62,475 nucleotides of DNA from Patescibacteria group bacterium. GTDB taxonomy: Bacteria > Patescibacteriota > Microgenomatia > UBA1400 > PJMF01. The notes under the pieces were generated by a model, which saw only the letters and a program-made list of their open reading frames with translations, did no database searches and had not been told where the DNA came from. This document shows, in pieces, positions 58,608 to 62,475 of this stretch. The translations under genes were made by a program, and so were the position numbers. The DNA lies in contig JAHJTF010000002.1 in the NCBI GenBank assembly GCA_018830045.1, positions 1 to 62,475 on the forward strand. The letters run 5' to 3'. Each line of letters begins with the position of its first letter. Within the stretch, counting starts at the first letter, position 1.

Positions 58608-59458
58608 AAAACAACAAAAAAATAAATTTTAAATCACTCATTACAAATCGGCGGTACCTTATCATGGCAGTGGCGAGCGGATTATTGTGTCTAATCATAG
58701 TTTTTTCCGGAATTATATCCCAGATAAACGCAGCCCTTGATCTTAATCGAGAAATTATAACAAAACAGCAAAAGCTCAACCTCTTGAGACAAAAAGCCAC
58801 GGATCTAGAAAACCTTGACGCTCAAGGGGCCTATGCTTCAGTTGATTTAGTGAACAAAATTTTACCTTCAAAAAAGCCACTGTTGGAGTTATTGGCGGCA
58901 CTAAACGCTGTTGCTAGTAAAGATGGAGTCATGTTTACCAACCTCAGTCTTTCTCCTGGAGCAATCGCTTCAGAAAGTACGCAGTTTTTAGATAGTGCTA
59001 AGAGTAATGCCAAGAGCAATGCCAAGAGCAATGCCAAGAGCAATGCCAAGGAAAAAAAAGTTACTTCAGTCTCTGGCAAAGGCCATAATTCTCTAGATGT
59101 GGAGTTAGAAGTATCGGGTGTGTTTAGCCAGGTGCAGAAGTTTATCTCAGATATTGAAAAAGTAGCTCCATTAATTACTATTAAGAGTCTTTCATTAGAT
59201 ATCAAGAGCGATGATATTATTAGACCAACAGACCAAGTTAGCGCTCAGTTAATAGTGAGTGTTTATTTTTTTACTCAAACCGTGGAAGCTGCTCTAGAGA
59301 GTCCTTTGCCAAATATAGGTAGTAAAGAGCAAGTGATTATTGCTGAGATTAATAATTACTATTATCCATCAATAGAAATTCAACAACAAATCATCGGCGG
59401 TAATCTGGAAGATCTCTTTGGGTTGGATATGCCAGAAATTAAGACTGGTGAGTTATAA
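58604..59458 (+). CDS. pilO: PilO-like bitopic protein containing AKSN tandem repeats
   Basis: Single TM segment plus coiled coil (REIITKQQKLNLLRQKATDLE). Its start overlaps the pilN stop. Confidence 0.5.
   Translation: MKNNKKINFKSLITNRRYLIMAVASGLLCLIIVFSGIISQINAALDLNREIITKQQKLNLLRQKATDLENLDAQGAYASVDLVNKILPSKKPLLELLAALNAVASKDGVMFTNLSLSPGAIASESTQFLDSAKSNAKSNAKSNAKSNAKEKKVTSVSGKGHNSLDVELEVSGVFSQVQKFISDIEKVAPLITIKSLSLDIKSDDIIRPTDQVSAQLIVSVYFFTQTVEAALESPLPNIGSKEQVIIAEINNYYYPSIEIQQQIIGGNLEDLFGLDMPEIKTGEL
58997..59050 (+). repeat. 12-nt in-frame tandem repeat, 4.5 units (GCCAAGAGCAAT, encoding AKSN)
   Basis: gctaagagtaat followed by gccaagagcaat three times, then gccaag. Confidence 0.95.
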
Positions 59459-59474
59459 AAATCGATCAGGGGAA

Positions 59475-59723
59475 TTAAATAGTTTCTTTGGCAGGTTCAG
59501 CTAAAGTGATGTAGGGTCTAATACCTTCTTTGAGAGCTCTAATTTTAGCAATGCTGCGAATAGCGTTAATAACTGAGCCTTTTTTGCCGATGACTTTGCC
59601 CATGTCATCAGGATGAACATGAATTAAAAAAGTAGTCCCTCTCTCTTCTTCAATAATTTCAATTTTAACTTCTTCGGGATTATCAACAAGGTGGATGAGA
59701 ATGAATTCTAAGAGATTTTTCAC
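59475..59723 (-). CDS. KH-domain RNA-binding protein (YlqC/UPF0109)
   Basis: GKVIGKKGSVINAIRSI is a KH GxxG motif, and the gene lies downstream of rpsP as in many bacteria. Confidence 0.8.
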   Translation of the reverse strand: MKNLLEFILIHLVDNPEEVKIEIIEEERGTTFLIHVHPDDMGKVIGKKGSVINAIRSIAKIRALKEGIRPYITLAEPAKETI

Positions 59724-60082
59724 AGTTGCTTAGGTTTCTTTTCTTCTTCTTTTATCTTCTTTTTTTCAATCGCTTCTGTTTGAGCTTTGTTTTCTTTAGC
59801 TAATTGTTTTTTAGATGATTTTTTCTTTTTAGGTGGGAAGGGATTACCTGATTCAAAACGTTTGATTAAGCTAGCCACTGTCTCTGTAGGCTGTGCGCCT
59901 TTAGCTACCCACTTTTTATATTCTTCTAGATTGATTTCTAAAATTTTAGGATTCTGAGCTGGTGAGTAATGTCCTAGTTTTGCCGTATATTTTCCATCTC
60001 TTTTAGTGCGAGCCTCTTGGATTACTATGCGGTAATGCGGTTGATTTTTTTTGCCAAAACGAATTAATTTTATTTTCAACAT
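59720..60082 (-). CDS. rpsP: 30S ribosomal protein S16 with Lys-rich tail
   Basis: MLKIKLIRFGKKNQPHYRIVIQEARTKRDGKY. Confidence 0.9.
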   Translation of the reverse strand: MLKIKLIRFGKKNQPHYRIVIQEARTKRDGKYTAKLGHYSPAQNPKILEINLEEYKKWVAKGAQPTETVASLIKRFESGNPFPPKKKKSSKKQLAKENKAQTEAIEKKKIKEEEKKPKQL

Positions 60083-60115
60083 AGGTTGCGATTATAAGTG
60101 TTTTATTGGATTTAC

Positions 60116-60778
60116 TCAAGTGCCACCAAACTCCTTGAGAGCTTGTTGGGCTGCGGCTTGTTGAGCTACTTGCTTGCTCTTGCCCCTACCCTCTCCTGCT
60201 GGCTTGGAATCAACCACAACTCTGACAGTAAACTGTTTGTCGTGATCTGGTCCTTCTTCATTAATTACTTTATAGACCGGAGCTTCATGACCCTTTGCTT
60301 GCACAATTTCTTGTAAGAGACTTTTTGCGTCTTGATAAAGTTTTTGTTGTTTAATTTGATCAAATTTGTTAAAGAGATGTTGGTCTAGAAAGTTTTTAGT
60401 GGCCTGGTAGCCTTGGTCTAAGTAAATGGCGCCAATGACAGCTTCTGTGGTATCTGCCAGTAGACTAGGATTGCTTCGTCCTCCAGTTGCTTCTTCTCCC
60501 TTACTCATGTAGAGTTTTTGTCCTAGGTTCAATTCTTGAGCTACTTGGGCCAAAGTAGCGGTTTTCACCAGGGCACTGCGATAAGCAGTTAGAATACCTT
60601 CTGGTTCAGTGGGGTATTTCCCAAACAAAAATTCGGTTGTGGCTAGCTCCAAAACTGCATCTCCTAAAAATTCGAATCTTTCATTGGACTCTTTAGAGGA
60701 AGAAATACTTTCATTTAAGGCACTGCGGTGCGTGAGTGCTGTTTCTAAAAATGAATTATTATTAAATTGGGGTAGCAT
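60116..60778 (-). CDS. rnc: ribonuclease III
   Basis: ALTHRS, the ERFEFLGDAVLE signature, and a C-terminal dsRBD. Confidence 0.9.
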   Translation of the reverse strand: MLPQFNNNSFLETALTHRSALNESISSSKESNERFEFLGDAVLELATTEFLFGKYPTEPEGILTAYRSALVKTATLAQVAQELNLGQKLYMSKGEEATGGRSNPSLLADTTEAVIGAIYLDQGYQATKNFLDQHLFNKFDQIKQQKLYQDAKSLLQEIVQAKGHEAPVYKVINEEGPDHDKQFTVRVVVDSKPAGEGRGKSKQVAQQAAAQQALKEFGGT

Positions 60779-60785
60779 AGTTCTA

Positions 60786-61043
60786 TTATCCCAGCTCTGC
60801 TTCTTCTATGACAATACTAGCTAGTTGTTTGAGCGTATTAGCCCCAGTCAGGAGCTCTTTAGCTTCATGAGAAACATCAAATTTTTGACAAATACTAGAA
60901 ATTACTCGAGCGAAATCAATCTCAAGATCAATCCCGAGCGCAGTTTCAAGACTATCGGTGATTTCTATTTCTGATGTATCTACTAGTAATTCTCGTTCAA
61001 TAATATCTCTAATTTGATCAATTACGGCAGTAGTTTTTTTCAT
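60786..61043 (-). CDS. acpP: acyl carrier protein-like
   Basis: Size, acidity and a DSL phosphopantetheine-site context (EITDSLETALGIDLEIDF). It shows the acpP-rnc synteny known from Firmicutes. Confidence 0.6.
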   Translation of the reverse strand: MKKTTAVIDQIRDIIERELLVDTSEIEITDSLETALGIDLEIDFARVISSICQKFDVSHEAKELLTGANTLKQLASIVIEEAELG

Positions 61044-61070
61044 AAGATTATTTCTAAATTAGGAGTCAAT

Positions 61071-61481
61071 TTAGGTCAACATTTGTCCCAGCACGCCGTT
61101 GACGAAACGAGGAGAACTCTCAGTTCCAAATTCTTTAGCTAGTTCCACAGCTTCATTAATTATTACTTTTGTTGGTACCTTGGTATGTTTTGATTCATAC
61201 ACTACTAGGCGTAAAATTGCTAAATCTACCCGGTTAATTTCCGACAGTGGTCTTTCTGGAGCAAATTTAGCAATCTCGGGATCAATCTCTGATAACAAAG
61301 AAACAATTTTTTGATATGTTTCTAATTCATCAGTTGGTAGATCTTCATCTTGGTTGAAACTGTAGCTAAATAATGCTTGCATAAGTTTAATTCTTTTTTG
61401 ATGCCTAGGATCATGATCAGTATCATCAATGTCCTGATCAACAATTAAATTTCCATTGGGAAGTTGGTTTACGTCTGGCAT
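61071..61481 (-). CDS. nusB: transcription antitermination factor NusB
   Basis: The C-terminal region [11 protein letters not shown]...[14 protein letters not shown]...FVNGVLG matches NusB. Start trimmed to MPDVNQ so it no longer overlaps rpmF. Confidence 0.85.
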   Translation of the reverse strand: MPDVNQLPNGNLIVDQDIDDTDHDPRHQKRIKLMQALFSYSFNQDEDLPTDELETYQKIVSLLSEIDPEIAKFAPERPLSEINRVDLAILRLVVYESKHTKVPTKVIINEAVELAKEFGTESSPRFVNGVLGQMLT

Positions 61482-61515
61482 GGTCCTAGTATATATAAGC
61501 TCATTGAAGATGCAA

Positions 61516-61677
61516 CTATTCTTTAAGACCAATAGTTTTAAAGATTTGGGCGACCAATCCTTTTTTGTGTAGAGGAATGCTGGTCTGAGCCAAGTTTTTC
61601 TTTAAACTTGGTCTATTGCCCTGGCGGCGTTTGCCGCGTTCTGTTCTAGTAATTTTATTTTTTGGTACTGCACCCAT
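61516..61677 (-). CDS. rpmF: 50S ribosomal protein L32 (53 aa), not in the ORF track
   Basis: Hand translation gives [53 protein letters not shown]. The MxAVPK(N/K)K.(S/T)R N-terminus is the L32 signature. Confidence 0.7.
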   Translation of the reverse strand: MGAVPKNKITRTERGKRRQGNRPSLKKNLAQTSIPLHKKGLVAQIFKTIGLKE

Positions 61678-61762
61678 AGAAATCAAATTGTAGCTCTCAG
61701 GAGATAGATTTGCAAGGTTAGTTAGTTAGGGTTATATGAGCGTTTGTTAGTTAAGGTTTGTG

Positions 61763-62475
61763 TTAGTTGGGGTTCGGACAGGAGTTTGTCGCTGGCGGGG
61801 AGATGAGTGGTTGCCAATCGGTAGAATCTTTCAGCTGGTTGAAAATTTGACGAGCTTGAGTAATCAACTCAACATTGGTCCAATTAGCAAACTTTAACTG
61901 ATCGAAGCCGTGTTGTTGGGTACCAAAAAGGTCTCCTGCTCCGCGGTTTTGGAGATCAGCTTCGGCGAGTTTCATCCCATCTGTGGTTTGGGTGAAAACC
62001 TCCAGGCGTTGATTAGTTTCTTTCAAACTGACGCTAGAAAACAATAGGCAATGGGCTTGTTGACCAGCTCTGCCCACACGCCCGCGGAGCTGATGCAGAC
62101 TCGCTAGACCAAATCTTTCAGCGGATTCGATCAGTATGATGGAAACTGTTGGCAGATCAACTCCGACTTCTACAATGGATGTGCAAACTAGAATATCAAT
62201 TTTTTGATTATAGAGATTTTGAGTAATGTGATCTTTCTGGGCTTGAGACAGGCGACTGTGAAGGAGCTCTACTTTGAAATCAGCAAATTCTGTTTTAAGA
62301 GTCTCATAGGTTTGTGTGGCAGATTTGATGTTTGCAAAAGCTTGCACATCTGAGGGATCAATAAATGGGCAAATCACCAGTACTTGCTTGCCAACAGGCG
62401 TGGCCTGTTCCCCACTCTGTTGAAGTTGTCGCTTGATCCAGTTATAAGATTTAGTGCGTTTTTTCTCAGGAATTA
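61763..62475 (-). CDS. recG: ATP-dependent DNA helicase RecG, C-terminal part (5' end outside window)
   Basis: Helicase motifs IV-VI (VCTSIVEVGVDLP, QLRGRVGR). The frame stays open to the window edge. Confidence 0.85.
   Translation of the reverse strand, partial: IPEKKRTKSYNWIKRQLQQSGEQATPVGKQVLVICPFIDPSDVQAFANIKSATQTYETLKTEFADFKVELLHSRLSQAQKDHITQNLYNQKIDILVCTSIVEVGVDLPTVSIILIESAERFGLASLHQLRGRVGRAGQQAHCLLFSSVSLKETNQRLEVFTQTTDGMKLAEADLQNRGAGDLFGTQQHGFDQLKFANWTNVELITQARQIFNQLKDSTDWQPLISPPATNSCPNPN

Overview
Gene-dense, moderately AT-rich bacterial chromosome segment that uses the standard code (TGA is a stop, for example at 3419-3421 and 34614-34616). Most of it is housekeeping. It holds ribosomal protein genes (rpsF-ssb-rpsR, rpmE, rpsB-tsf, rpsP, rpmF), translation and tRNA genes (prfA, hisS, queA, tgt, rluD-type), and three tRNAs (Ala-CGC, Leu-CAA, Ala-GGC). 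It also holds replication and repair genes (dnaB, gyrB, gyrA, holB-like, nfo, recG, an xer-type recombinase), envelope genes (glmS, lgt, lspA, S41 and HtrA proteases), and one-carbon genes (glyA, folD).

Several features point to a reduced-genome lineage such as CPR/Patescibacteria; this is inference, not proof:
- Universal proteins are trimmed.
- Ribosomal proteins carry Lys-rich tails.
- Many starts and stops overlap.
- The type IV pilus locus has no secretin.

Things worth a second look:
1. gyrB is interrupted by a 350-aa intein that carries an HNH endonuclease, and a family II pyrophosphatase gene sits between gyrB and gyrA.
2. A 1.1-kb ORF-free, repeat-laden region lies directly upstream of the xer-type recombinase. 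An 11-bp inverted repeat reaches into the recombinase start.
3. A consensus promoter, short leader ORF and terminator/antiterminator precede a histidine ammonia-lyase-like gene that is cotranscribed with a half-size DMT transporter.
4. An accessory-looking left end (1-4230) has unrecognisable proteins, a purine-only K/E/R-repeat gene, a duplicated promoter/5' UTR cassette and a small hydrophobic peptide gene missing from the ORF track.
5. A 12-kb type IV pilus cluster (pilB-pilT-pilC-pilin-pilD, several minor pilins, pilMNO) includes a Cys-rich PKD protein.
6. Two tandem paralogous two-TM proteins have conserved cysteines.

I saw no CRISPR array, rRNA gene or transposase.
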